A stretch of DNA of 61,088 nucleotides, the filler included. It is 4 parts of 4 records of this genome, joined end to end, with 100 filler letters (N's around TTAATTAATTAA, not from the genome) between each part and the next. Parts side by side here need not be neighbours in the genome. Positions count along the whole stretch, not along the records: positions 18,555 to 45,540 come from SRR20825010_6615; 3 more parts are not named here. One strand, written 5' to 3'. The notes beneath the pieces are model-generated. The model saw only the letters and a program-made list of their open reading frames with translations, had not been told where the DNA came from and searched no databases. Made by a program: the position numbers and the translations under genes. This document shows, piece after piece, positions 21,327-31,111 of the stretch (the stretch's first letter is position 1; every line of letters starts with the position of its first letter).

Positions 21327-22238
21327 TTAAAAAAGTTTGTTTGTCAATGATTCCAAATGGATAAGAACAATACTAAATACCCCAAGGACGATGGCAAACT
21401 TTAGAATATTGTGTAAAATTATGTAATGTATTTTATTTTTTGAGTACCATAAAACAGTAAGAAAAACTGCCAATCCAGCAATACTCGTATAAAAATAATA
21501 GTCCATATAGCCTATTTCTACATTAAATCTTGTTATCAGTAAAAAAACAGGCACCAATGTTAAAACACTAATAAAAGTCAACATTTTTTTTGAGGTTTTT
21601 TCTCCATACACCACCGGAATAGTTTTATAACCATGCGTTAAATCGCCTTTTATATTTTCAAGATCTTTTACCAATTCGCGCATTGAAATAAGTAAAAACA
21701 GAAAGGTAGCGTGTACAAAAATTACTACATCAAAATTACCATAGTGTACAAAAACAGCGAAAAAAGGAACAACCGCTAATATTGCAGCATTTATATTGCC
21801 TATAAATGGGTATTTTTTAAGTTTATGTGAGTAAAACCACAGCATAAAGATATATACCGAGAAAAACAAAACTGCTCTAAAAGAAACATAACTCGCAAAA
21901 AAAACGGAAAGAAAATTAAGTATAAAATAGGCTGATAGCTTTGTGCGCTGGCTCACAAGTTTATCTAACATTGTTTTACGAGGTCTGTTTATTAGATCTT
22001 TTTCACTGTCGTAAAAACTATTGATAATATATCCACTTGCAATTGCAGAAGAGGATGCAAGCACCAACATAAGCAAGTTTACATCAAATAAAACTTCACG
22101 AACAGGCAATTCGGGCGCAAAAATGTATATACTGGTTAAGTACTGTGCAATTACAATAATTAAAATATTGTAACCACGAACCACGGAAAACAAGCTGAAA
22201 AACTTAAGAAGAAAGTGTTTTTGTTTTCGGGTAAACAT
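21327..22238 (-). CDS. UbiA-family prenyltransferase (geranylgeranylglyceryl-phosphate geranylgeranyltransferase-like)
   Basis: GYIINSFYDSEKDLINRP and RELVKDLENIKGD...YKTIP Asp-rich motifs; multiple TM helices. Confidence 0.85.
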   Translation of the reverse strand: MFTRKQKHFLLKFFSLFSVVRGYNILIIVIAQYLTSIYIFAPELPVREVLFDVNLLMLVLASSSAIASGYIINSFYDSEKDLINRPRKTMLDKLVSQRTKLSAYFILNFLSVFFASYVSFRAVLFFSVYIFMLWFYSHKLKKYPFIGNINAAILAVVPFFAVFVHYGNFDVVIFVHATFLFLLISMRELVKDLENIKGDLTHGYKTIPVVYGEKTSKKMLTFISVLTLVPVFLLITRFNVEIGYMDYYFYTSIAGLAVFLTVLWYSKNKIHYIILHNILKFAIVLGVFSIVLIHLESLTNKLF

Positions 22239-22284
22239 ATTTTTAAAATTGAGGAAAACTGAAAGAAATTTTCAGTCAGATACT

Positions 22285-23223
22285 CTAAAAATTATAAACT
22301 ACTTCCAGCTTATAATCTTTCAATGCTTTGCGTGCTTCATCAATATTCTCTGTGAACCCAAGCATATATCCACCTCCGCCAGAGCCACAAAGTTTAAGAT
22401 AGTAGGCATTACTATCAATTCCATTTTTCCAAAGTTTATGGAATTGTGCAGGAATCATAGGTTTAAAATTATCTAAAACTACTTTCGAAAGTTGCTTAAT
22501 ATTTCCAAAAAGTGATTTTACATCGCCTTGAAGAAAATCTTCTACACAGGCATCAGTATGTTTTACAAATTGATCTTTAAGCATGTTTCGAAACCCTTCT
22601 TGTTTCATATTTTCCATGAAAATCTGAACCATTGGTGCAGTTTCGCCAGTGCTTCCACTATCTAATAAAAACACTGCTCCTTTACCATTTTCAGTTTGAG
22701 AAGGAATTCCAGCAGGTTCAATATTATCTTTAGAGTTAATAAGTATTGGAAGACTTAAATAACTGTTCAATGGGTCGAGGCCTGAAGATTTTCCGTGGAA
22801 AAAAGATTCCATTGCTGCAAAAATAGCCTTTAAACTAAGCAATTTTTCACGTGTAAGGTTTTCTAGAACTGTAATTTTATCAGTCGCATATTTGTCATAA
22901 ATAGCAGCAACTAGCGCACCACTACTACCAACACCATATCCTTGTGGAATGCTACTATCAAAATACAAACCATTTGCTACATCGGCTTTTAAGCTTTCCA
23001 TATCAAAGGAAACAATCTCAGGGTTTTCAGTTTGTAGATTCTCTAAATAGGAAGCAAACCTTTTAAGACTTTCGTTTGATTTGTGTGTAGAAATAGTATG
23101 ATGTACATCTATTTTTAGTGCCCCGTTGTAAAAATTATATGGAATAGAAAGACCTTTAGAATCTTTAATAATTCCGTATTCGCCAAAAAGCAAAATCTTT
23201 GAGTAAAAAAGGGGGCCTCGCAT
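22285..23223 (-). CDS. mvk: Mevalonate kinase (GHMP)
   Basis: KILLFGEY, PQGYGVGSSGA, HGKSSGLD, KLCGSGGGG. Confidence 0.88.
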   Translation of the reverse strand: MRGPLFYSKILLFGEYGIIKDSKGLSIPYNFYNGALKIDVHHTISTHKSNESLKRFASYLENLQTENPEIVSFDMESLKADVANGLYFDSSIPQGYGVGSSGALVAAIYDKYATDKITVLENLTREKLLSLKAIFAAMESFFHGKSSGLDPLNSYLSLPILINSKDNIEPAGIPSQTENGKGAVFLLDSGSTGETAPMVQIFMENMKQEGFRNMLKDQFVKHTDACVEDFLQGDVKSLFGNIKQLSKVVLDNFKPMIPAQFHKLWKNGIDSNAYYLKLCGSGGGGYMLGFTENIDEARKALKDYKLEVVYNF

Positions 23224-23283
23224 ATACTATTTAGTTGTATTTATAAAAGTACAGATTTTTAGCTTAAAAAATGTATTTAGGCA

Positions 23284-23291
23284 CAAAGATA
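23284..23291 (-). promoter_or_regulatory. Bacteroidota -7 promoter element
   Basis: TATCTTTG on the minus strand about 60 nt upstream of mvk. Confidence 0.55.
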
Positions 23292-23396
23292 ACGGTTTTA
23301 CCAATTATAAAATCAGAAAATTTTGTGAAGAAATACACTGACATACAATTTAATGCCTATTCTAAAGAAGTTAAATCGATTAAAGAGATAAAAAGG

Positions 23397-24497
23397 CTAG
23401 CTTAAAATTTTTTGAGCCCCGAAACCAACTTCATCTGTAATAAACTCTTTATTCTTACAGAAACCTGAAAGCTCTTCATTTATAAACTTCAAAATTATTT
23501 CCTTTTCAGCTTCTGGATAGAGCACATGAACATTTGCGCCAGCATCTAATGTAAAGCAAATTTTACTCTCCGTTTCTTCACGGAATTTCCAAATTCGGTT
23601 GATGATTTCAAGGGTATTCGGCTTCATTAATATGAAATACGGCATCGAGGTCATCATCATTGCGTGAAGCGACAATGCTTCGCTTTCTACAATTTTTATA
23701 AATTCAGAAAGCATACCTTTTTTAAAAACAGGAAGTAGCTTTGAAAGATTATCCTTAGCCTGCTGAAAACGTTGTTTTGCAAATACATGATTGTGCATTA
23801 AGTCGTGCCCAACAGTACTGCTAACTTGCTTTTCTCCTTTATCAACTAACAAAATAGTATCTTGATACCTTTTAAAGTTCTCATGTACTTCAAATGGATA
23901 TTTTGTTCCAAAAAGATTCGTACTGCCTTCAATTTCGGGATGTTGGCCCCATACTATTAAAGGCCCTTCAACACTTCTACAAGCGCTACCTGAACCCAAT
24001 CTGGCAAGAAAAGATGCCTTTTCAATAAAATAATCTTCTGTAATTTCTGGCTTCATCTGTCGTTCCAGATCCATTAAACACAAAGCTAAAGCACTCATTC
24101 CACTTGCGGAGGATGCAATACCACTGCTGTGCGGAAAGCTATTGGAGGTTTCAATTGTAAACTTATACGTTTTTAAGAAAGGTATATAGTGTTCAATTCG
24201 TTCAAAAAACGTACTAATCTTTGGTTTAAAACTTTCTTCTTTTTTTCCATCGAGATAAACTTCAAAGTCAAATTTTTCATTGCTTGATGTTTTAGCTATC
24301 GAAAGTTTTTCAAAAGAAAGCGTTGTTTTTGTATTGCAGTTTTTCAATGTAAAACTAACAGAGGAATTCATTGGTAATTGCTCACCATACTTTCCCCAAT
24401 ATTTTACCAAAGCAATATTACTTGGCGCTTGCCAAGAAATGCTTCCAGAAGTTAGATTGTAATCATATTTGGATGCAAGAAAAAGATGTTCAGCCAT
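23397..24497 (-). CDS. mvaD: Diphosphomevalonate decarboxylase
   Basis: APSNIALVKYWGK, FPHSSGIASSAS, ARLGSGSACRS, FTLDAGANVH. Confidence 0.92.
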   Translation of the reverse strand: MAEHLFLASKYDYNLTSGSISWQAPSNIALVKYWGKYGEQLPMNSSVSFTLKNCNTKTTLSFEKLSIAKTSSNEKFDFEVYLDGKKEESFKPKISTFFERIEHYIPFLKTYKFTIETSNSFPHSSGIASSASGMSALALCLMDLERQMKPEITEDYFIEKASFLARLGSGSACRSVEGPLIVWGQHPEIEGSTNLFGTKYPFEVHENFKRYQDTILLVDKGEKQVSSTVGHDLMHNHVFAKQRFQQAKDNLSKLLPVFKKGMLSEFIKIVESEALSLHAMMMTSMPYFILMKPNTLEIINRIWKFREETESKICFTLDAGANVHVLYPEAEKEIILKFINEELSGFCKNKEFITDEVGFGAQKILS

Positions 24498-24665
24498 AAC
24501 GTAGAATAGAGCTACAAATTTAAACACTTTTGTGTAATGGCACCGACTATTTAAAAATTGATTCGTTCTTCACAAAAACACCAAAAAAATTAAATAGGGT
24601 TAACCACTAAAACAACGTCATGCAATTGCCGGAAGTTTGTAACTGAATTTAAACCCCAAATTAAA

Positions 24666-25148
24666 ATGAAAAAAATATTCTTAACATCGTTCGTGTTTTT
24701 AATGGCTGTTACGTTTGCATCAGCCCAAGTATCTATTAACCTACCGTACTCAAGATCTATTGAATTTGAAAATGGTGTTTGGGAAAAATGGCCTACAAAA
24801 TGGGACTCTCAACAAGAGCTTAACGGCTTCACTCCAATATTAAGTATAAAGCAAATCAATCTCGGCACTTTTGAAGTATCGTTATACGAAGGTGGTTCTG
24901 CCAGTGGTATTTTCACAGAAACAGTACACTTTGATGCGGCAGAAACAAAAAGAGTACGCAAAAAAAACGGTAACGACAATATAACGGTATATAAGTATTA
25001 CGAATCTAGAAACTACCTCTGGACAGAAAATGTTACACTGCCTCAAATTGTTAGCAGCAAATCTACATGGACTTCTAAAGCAAATTCCAGAATATACATA
25101 TGGTATAACGATCTTGGTAGTGCATATTTATATAAACACAACAAATAG
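24666..25148 (+). CDS. Secreted hypothetical protein, one copy of a Trp-rich ~130-aa domain
   Basis: Sec signal MKKIF...ASA-Q; clearly paralogous to the N-half of 25277..26152 (LPYSRSIE, WxxWPxKWDS, LYEGG, NYLWTEN). Confidence 0.85.
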   Translation: MKKIFLTSFVFLMAVTFASAQVSINLPYSRSIEFENGVWEKWPTKWDSQQELNGFTPILSIKQINLGTFEVSLYEGGSASGIFTETVHFDAAETKRVRKKNGNDNITVYKYYESRNYLWTENVTLPQIVSSKSTWTSKANSRIYIWYNDLGSAYLYKHNK

Positions 25149-25276
25149 AAAGAAAAAGGAAAGTTTAAAAAACGTAGAAAAGTAAAACGTTGTCTTAAGA
25201 AATAGGATTTACCAAAAACTGCTTTACGTTTTTTAATATTCAATAAATAATTAGTGATTAAACAAATTTCAATAAA

Positions 25277-26152
25277 ATGAAAAAACTTATAATTTCTTGT
25301 ATCATAATTATGTGCACCACAATGATTACAGCACAGGTGCGTGTCGATTTACCATACTCTAGGTCTATTGAACTTAAAAATGGAAAGTGGGAAAGCTGGC
25401 CATCAAAATGGGATTCTGAAAAAGAAGTTTATGGAGCAATCCCAACTTTAACTGTAAAACATATTAGTGGTGGTACATATGAAATAAAGCTATATGAAGG
25501 TGGCGATATGTACACAGATAGAGTAACTTATGATGCTGCAGAAACAGAATCAAAACGCAAACAATCTTCCAATAACAATATAACGGCGTATAAATATGAT
25601 AATTCTAAAAACTATTTATGGACCGAGAATTTAAACTTAAAACAAATTACAAACAATCCTTACCTGTGGAAGTCTACCACTAAAGCGCAAATTTATTTGT
25701 GGGAACACGACATAGGTAACGCTATTGTTTATACTGCAAATACAGTGACAATGGCGCCTAAAAATTATAAAATTAGTTTTAAGGCTACCCAAAAATACAT
25801 AAAAGGAACCTGGGCAGCATGGAGCGCATGGCAAACTATGCCTAGTAGTACCTATTTTCAATTAAACATGCTGAAAGAAAACAGCGAGTACAATTTTAAA
25901 TACTACGAAGGTGGCACCTTGGTGAAAAACTACAACATTACTTATGATAGCGCTCGAACCAAGACCGTGAGAGAAGATACTAAAAATGCCACAGCCTATA
26001 AAATTAACGGTAGTGCAAATGAATATATTTATCTTCTAAATACAGCTATGAGTACCATCATGAACAATCCAGACAAATGGTCTCAAGAAAAGGATGCAGT
26101 AATTCTTATGGCAGACTTTAATAATACAAGTACGCAAACACGAATTAAGTAA
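25277..26152 (+). CDS. Secreted hypothetical protein, two copies of the same Trp-rich domain
   Basis: Signal peptide MKKLII...ITA-Q; the second half repeats G-x-WxxW, YYEGG, TYDxAxT, TAYK, NNPxxW. Confidence 0.85.
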   Translation: MKKLIISCIIIMCTTMITAQVRVDLPYSRSIELKNGKWESWPSKWDSEKEVYGAIPTLTVKHISGGTYEIKLYEGGDMYTDRVTYDAAETESKRKQSSNNNITAYKYDNSKNYLWTENLNLKQITNNPYLWKSTTKAQIYLWEHDIGNAIVYTANTVTMAPKNYKISFKATQKYIKGTWAAWSAWQTMPSSTYFQLNMLKENSEYNFKYYEGGTLVKNYNITYDSARTKTVREDTKNATAYKINGSANEYIYLLNTAMSTIMNNPDKWSQEKDAVILMADFNNTSTQTRIK

Positions 26153-26210
26153 AGTGTAATTCTAAAGCAACAATAACATCATTTATATTAATTGATAAAA
26201 ATTTAAAATT

Positions 26211-26699
26211 ATGAAAACACAAATTTTCGCATTCGCCTTTTTACTTACGGCAAGCATTTCTAGCTATGGACAATTTAATGACAAAGGCTATAAGGATATA
26301 AAGCTAGGGATGACCTATTCAGAATTAGAAAAAATTATTACACCAATAAACTTTTTTGGTGATTTTGATCAAGCAATGGTAAACTATAATAATATTGAAG
26401 AGTTGGAAATAACTTTTGTCGATAATAGTGAGGATCCTCAAATAGTATGGAAGATAAAAACCTTTGATATTGATGCAAAATTAGATGGAGTAAGCCAAAA
26501 AATCATGGGAAAGTCTTTAAGTGAAGTAAAGTCGATTCTTGGTGATAAATTAGTGCATTTTGAAGATGCTGGGCCTGGAAGCCCATACTACATTTATTAT
26601 AAAGATTCAGTTGCAAAAACCAACTACGACACTAGTTGTATATTAGAATTTAACGACTCTGGTGTGCTTATTTCAATTATGGCTGGTTTCAATCCTTAA
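26211..26699 (+). CDS. Secreted hypothetical protein (paralog 1 of second pair)
   Basis: Signal peptide, GQFNDKGYKDIKLGMTYSELEKI, MGKSLSEVKSILGDKL. Confidence 0.85.
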   Translation: MKTQIFAFAFLLTASISSYGQFNDKGYKDIKLGMTYSELEKIITPINFFGDFDQAMVNYNNIEELEITFVDNSEDPQIVWKIKTFDIDAKLDGVSQKIMGKSLSEVKSILGDKLVHFEDAGPGSPYYIYYKDSVAKTNYDTSCILEFNDSGVLISIMAGFNP

Positions 26700-26752
26700 A
26701 ATAAATACTAAAGTTTTAAAGAATCATGAAAGCAATTCAAATAAATTATAAA

Positions 26753-27235
26753 ATGAAAAGCATAAAAAAATTAATGTACGCATTATTATTTATGCTAAGT
26801 ATTTCAGGGTACGGACAGTTTAATGATAAAGGTTACAAGGATTTGAAAGTAGGAATGTCCTATTTAGAAGCAGAAAAAATCACACCAATAGATCTTGCAG
26901 AAGACGATACTGTTATGGTTAACTATGACAATATTGAATTGGAATTAAATTTTGCTTATGACAGTAATGGCAATTATTATTTATACATTATAAGATGCAT
27001 TCATAAGGATGTCAAATTAGAAGGTGTAAACCAAAAGGTTATGGGAAAGACCTTAAGTGAAGTACAGGCACTTCTTGGTGATAAATTAGCGCCTTATGAA
27101 GATGGTGGCCCAGAAAGTCGATACCGTATCTATTATAAAGATTCAGCTGCTAAAGCCAATTACGAGTCTAGTTGTGTACTTGTATTTGACCAGTCTGATG
27201 TGCTTACTTCAATTTTGACTAGTTGCAATCCTTAA
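26753..27235 (+). CDS. Secreted hypothetical protein (paralog 2 of second pair)
   Basis: GQFNDKGYKDLKVGMSYLEAEKI, MGKTLSEVQALLGDKL, IYYKDS, SC, C-terminal NP; the start may be 26726. Confidence 0.85.
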   Translation: MKSIKKLMYALLFMLSISGYGQFNDKGYKDLKVGMSYLEAEKITPIDLAEDDTVMVNYDNIELELNFAYDSNGNYYLYIIRCIHKDVKLEGVNQKVMGKTLSEVQALLGDKLAPYEDGGPESRYRIYYKDSAAKANYESSCVLVFDQSDVLTSILTSCNP

Positions 27236-27311
27236 AACAAATACCAGGTGTTCAGCAAGAATTCTGAAATTGACTTCAAGAAGACCTATCATAAATTTAT
27301 ACCCCATTAAG

Positions 27312-28070
27312 ATGAAAAGACCAATTCTATTTATAGTACTTCTTTTATTTTTCAAACTGGGTTTTTCTCAAGAATTGAACAAGGAGGATTTAGAAACTGT
27401 AAAAATATTTGTTGACTGTATTAAAAGTAATAATGTAGAGAAACTGAAAACTCTAATTGTTTATCCTTTAAAAAGAAATACACCTCTTTTAGACATTAAA
27501 AACGAATTTGATTTTAAGAAACGATATCATGAAGTTTTTGATGACAGTTTAAAATCTTTAATTATTTCATCAAATATTAAAACAGATTGGTCCTCGGTTG
27601 GTTCTAGGGGAATCATGTTTAACATAGGAGAATTGTGGCTTAACTCTAAAGGAAAACTCATAGCTGTAAACTATGAATCAGATTCTGAATACAACAAAAG
27701 AATTGAACTCATCGAAAGAAAGAAAAAATCAATTCACGAAAGTTTAAAGAATTTTATAGAGCCTATTTTAATCATAGAGACCAAAAAATTTAAAATTAGA
27801 ATAGATCAGTTAGAAGATTTGACATATAGATATGCTTCTTGGCCCATAGATTCTGAAATGAGTGAGCAACCTAGTTTGATAGTCAAAAACGGAGCTTACA
27901 TTCCTGACGGTAACGGAGGAAATCACCGCTATGAATTTATCAATGGTAGCTATACGTATACCTGCGTTGTAAATGTTATAGGAATCAATGAGAGGCCATC
28001 AGCAGCGTTGGTTGTCTTTCAAAATGACAAGATCATTTTAAATCAAGCAGGGCAGATAATAAAAAAATAA
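27312..28070 (+). CDS. Secreted hypothetical protein
   Basis: Signal peptide MKRPILF...GFS-Q; YPLKR, RGIMFNIGELW, YRYASW, PDGNGGNH motifs resemble a conserved uncharacterised family. Confidence 0.8.
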   Translation: MKRPILFIVLLLFFKLGFSQELNKEDLETVKIFVDCIKSNNVEKLKTLIVYPLKRNTPLLDIKNEFDFKKRYHEVFDDSLKSLIISSNIKTDWSSVGSRGIMFNIGELWLNSKGKLIAVNYESDSEYNKRIELIERKKKSIHESLKNFIEPILIIETKKFKIRIDQLEDLTYRYASWPIDSEMSEQPSLIVKNGAYIPDGNGGNHRYEFINGSYTYTCVVNVIGINERPSAALVVFQNDKIILNQAGQIIKK

Positions 28071-28215
28071 AAGCATATTACATGTTGAATCAGTAATGGC
28101 AAGGAAAAGTGCTAAGCATCAAAATCTTTAGCTCACTTATACTGCGTAGCACTTTGGCAGAAAAGTGTTATGCAACTTGCCACTACTCACGCATTTTACT
28201 ATTGTGTATCATTTC
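28071..28215. repeat. Degenerate long imperfect hairpin, attC-like/Flavobacteriaceae cassette-type repeat
   Basis: Nested arms AGTAATGGCAAG(28092-28103)/CTTGCCACTACT(28176-28187) and AAAGTGCTA(28106-28114)/TAGCACTTT(28147-28155), starting right after a stop codon. Confidence 0.55.
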
Positions 28216-28384
28216 GCAAATAAAATACGAAAAATGCTCATTTCATTAGCAGTACATCATGGAGCTTCTTTGATAAGTCCAGATGCACGAAAAGTCTAAA
28301 GCTAACAACTTGTAAAATAATTGCTATTTAGTGTTTTAATAGGTGTGCGTTAAAGAAACTTTATATCTAAAACAAAAAATCCAA

Positions 28385-28792
28385 ATGAAAAAAATATACA
28401 CAGTAGTTTGTCTACTAATGCTAATGTCTTGTATAAACGTTAAGCAAAATAGTGAAGCTCAAAATGTAACCGATAAAATTCCATCTGTTATTGTAGGTGG
28501 AGATAAAGATGAACATGGTTGCATTGGTTCGGCAGGATTTACATGGAGTGAAATTAGAAATGAATGCATTAGAATTTGGGAGCTAGGAATAAGACTAGAA
28601 ATGTTAGAGAATAAAGAACAAAGTGCTTCTGTTGTTTTTAATAAAGATAAATCTAAAGTTGAGGTTTATTTTTCTAATAAAAAAGGCAGCTTGATTTTAC
28701 CATTAAATGGTGAAAATTACGAGTCAGAACAATATAGTTATAATGCAAATGATCAAGCTATAAGTATAAAAGGAGTTGTTAAATATCGATAA
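28385..28792 (+). CDS. Hypothetical lipoprotein with GGDxDEHGCIGSAGxTWS motif
   Basis: Lipobox LMSC; VGGDKDEHGCIGSAGFTWSEIRNECIRIWE. Confidence 0.82.
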   Translation: MKKIYTVVCLLMLMSCINVKQNSEAQNVTDKIPSVIVGGDKDEHGCIGSAGFTWSEIRNECIRIWELGIRLEMLENKEQSASVVFNKDKSKVEVYFSNKKGSLILPLNGENYESEQYSYNANDQAISIKGVVKYR

Positions 28793-29037
28793 TAAAGAAA
28801 AAATATATGGCTAACCACATTTTTAAAATATAACCAGTTTATGTTTTTGTATAAATCACATGTTTAACTAATTGAAATCCTATAATTTGCCATCTGTTTT
28901 GTGCTGTGTTTAGCATGCCAAACCGTCATCCAGAATATGGCTCAACTGCGATATACTGCTGAAATTAGATAGTATGCATCACATCATTAATTTGCGAATA
29001 AACTGGTAGTGATTAAGAACTAAATGTAATTAAATTT

Positions 29038-29045
29038 TATATTTG
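29038..29045 (+). promoter_or_regulatory. Bacteroidota -7 promoter element
   Basis: TATATTTG about 55 nt upstream of the kinase ATG. Confidence 0.5.
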
Positions 29046-29099
29046 AAAAATATCCAAATTTGTAAAAAAAGGATAGTTAAAATAGATAAGTCCCCTTAA

Positions 29100-31100
29100 A
29101 TGAAACACCTCACTACCTTATTTCTGATTGCAACATGTTGTTTGTTAACTTTTAGCTGCAATACTTCCTCAGAAAAAGAACTATCTATTGAAAAAGATTT
29201 AGAGGCATATCGGCATACGCTTCCTGCATATGAATGGTTAGAAAATGGAGCTAACTATAGCAATAAAGCGTACCAAGACAGCGCTTTTTATTACTTCAAC
29301 CATCAACTAGAAAACAAAAACTATGAGAAGGCGGCTATCTATCTAAAAGCCTATGGCAATGCCTTAGATAGAAATATACATTTTGACAGCATGTATTTTA
29401 ATACGAGTCGCAATTTCTACAATACCCACAAAGACCATATTAGTGCCGAATCTCAAAGTTACTTGTGTTATTACCTAGGAGCCCAAAGTTATTTTAACCA
29501 CGATTTAGACCCCAGTTTTGAATGGTTTAAAAAAGGCATTGAATTAAAACCTGAATCCAAATCGCACAAGCAGATTATAGGTTTTACAAACTTTTCACTT
29601 GCACAAAACTATTCGCTACTTAGAGATTTTGAAAATACTGAAAAATATCTCATTGCAGCCTTACGCATATTTGAAGAAATAGGCGATGTAAAAAATCAAG
29701 GCACTGTTTATCTATTGTTACACGATATTTTTGTAAAAACCGCTGCCTTAGACGAAGCAGAAAAAAACCTAAAAAAAGGGTTAAATATAGTTAAAGAACA
29801 AGGTAGTAAGTCGCTTACTTTTTCGGCCTATTCACTCTATGTTAATTTTAACATCGCTAAAGCCGATACTATAGGCGCTATTAAATATATTGATTCAATG
29901 GCCATTGAGGCCAAAACATATCCTAAAATCAATAACTATCACAAAGCTGTTTTAAACCAACTTTTAGCTTTTAAACACATTGCTCAAAGGGAAGATAAGG
30001 AAGCATTGAATTACTTAAAAATAGCAAGAGAAATGACGGATCAAAGCAACAGTCCTGATTTGCAAATGCGAACGCTTTTTCAAGAAATAATGTATGCCGA
30101 AATTTTTGATAAGCCTTTAAAAAATCCTGAAGAAGCAGAAGAATTCTACAATGAAATTGCATCTGAGGAAGAACCAAACACACAATTTATGATCCAATTG
30201 GGAAGTGGATTACATACCTATTACACTAAGAAAGGTGACTATAAAAAAGCGAATAGTTATGCAAACTTCTTGTTAAACAACCAAGATAAAGAATCGAAAG
30301 AGCTTATAAATGGCAAGTTGTTTGAGTTGGAGCGAAAATTTAAAACTGAGCAAAAAGAGAAAAAAATATTATTACAAGAAAAACAACTACAATCACAGAA
30401 GGAAATGATTGTTTCGTTGGGAGGAGGAGCAATATTTTTGATTTTGATTTTTGTAATACTTCTTATCTGGAGCAAAAACAGAAGTATTGTAAGAGAAAAA
30501 CTATTAGCTGAAAACTTTACCTCTCTTTTGCTAAGTAAAACGGAGGAGGAACGTAAACGTATTGCGTCTGATTTGCATGATAGTGTAAGCAACGAACTGG
30601 TTAATCTACGCCACGCTCTTGAAACTAACAGTTCTAAATTCAGTGCGAAAATTGATACAATTCTTGAAGAGGTTCGTAATATTAGTAGAAATCTTAGCCC
30701 CACACTTTTTGACAAATTAGGATTAAAACTGAGCATAGAACAATTAACAGACCGGGCGCAAAATCAACATAGCTTTTTACTTACCTCTGATGTAAATTAC
30801 AACGGCGATTTAAGCAATACAGTTGAATTGCAATTGTACCGAATAATTCAAGAAGCTACAACAAACATGATGAAACATGCCGAAGCATTGGCTGGAAAAA
30901 TAACCATTTTCGAAGATGCTGAGTTTGTGTATGCCGAAATAAAAGACAATGGAAAAGGTTTTGACGCCGACAGAATGTTAGAGAAAGGCAACTGCTTTGG
31001 TTTATTAAACATCACCGAACGCACCAAATTTATTAATGGGACGGTTCGCTTTAAATCGACTAACAACGGAACGGTAATTAATATTACAATTCCAAAATAA
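29100..31100 (+). CDS. TPR-repeat sensor histidine kinase (HisKA_3 + HATPase)
   Basis: Lipobox-like TFSC, TPR-like helices, one TM helix, EERKRIASDLHDS, LYRIIQEATTNMMKHA, DNGKGF, FGLLNITER. Confidence 0.92.
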   Translation: MKHLTTLFLIATCCLLTFSCNTSSEKELSIEKDLEAYRHTLPAYEWLENGANYSNKAYQDSAFYYFNHQLENKNYEKAAIYLKAYGNALDRNIHFDSMYFNTSRNFYNTHKDHISAESQSYLCYYLGAQSYFNHDLDPSFEWFKKGIELKPESKSHKQIIGFTNFSLAQNYSLLRDFENTEKYLIAALRIFEEIGDVKNQGTVYLLLHDIFVKTAALDEAEKNLKKGLNIVKEQGSKSLTFSAYSLYVNFNIAKADTIGAIKYIDSMAIEAKTYPKINNYHKAVLNQLLAFKHIAQREDKEALNYLKIAREMTDQSNSPDLQMRTLFQEIMYAEIFDKPLKNPEEAEEFYNEIASEEEPNTQFMIQLGSGLHTYYTKKGDYKKANSYANFLLNNQDKESKELINGKLFELERKFKTEQKEKKILLQEKQLQSQKEMIVSLGGGAIFLILIFVILLIWSKNRSIVREKLLAENFTSLLLSKTEEERKRIASDLHDSVSNELVNLRHALETNSSKFSAKIDTILEEVRNISRNLSPTLFDKLGLKLSIEQLTDRAQNQHSFLLTSDVNYNGDLSNTVELQLYRIIQEATTNMMKHAEALAGKITIFEDAEFVYAEIKDNGKGFDADRMLEKGNCFGLLNITERTKFINGTVRFKSTNNGTVINITIPK

Positions 31101-31111
31101 AATACTAGGTT

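Noticed and set aside
24666..28960. CRISPR array, diversity-generating retroelement or complete integron
   Set aside because: There are no identical spaced repeats, no reverse transcriptase or adenine-specific TR/VR pair, and no integrase or cas genes in the contig.
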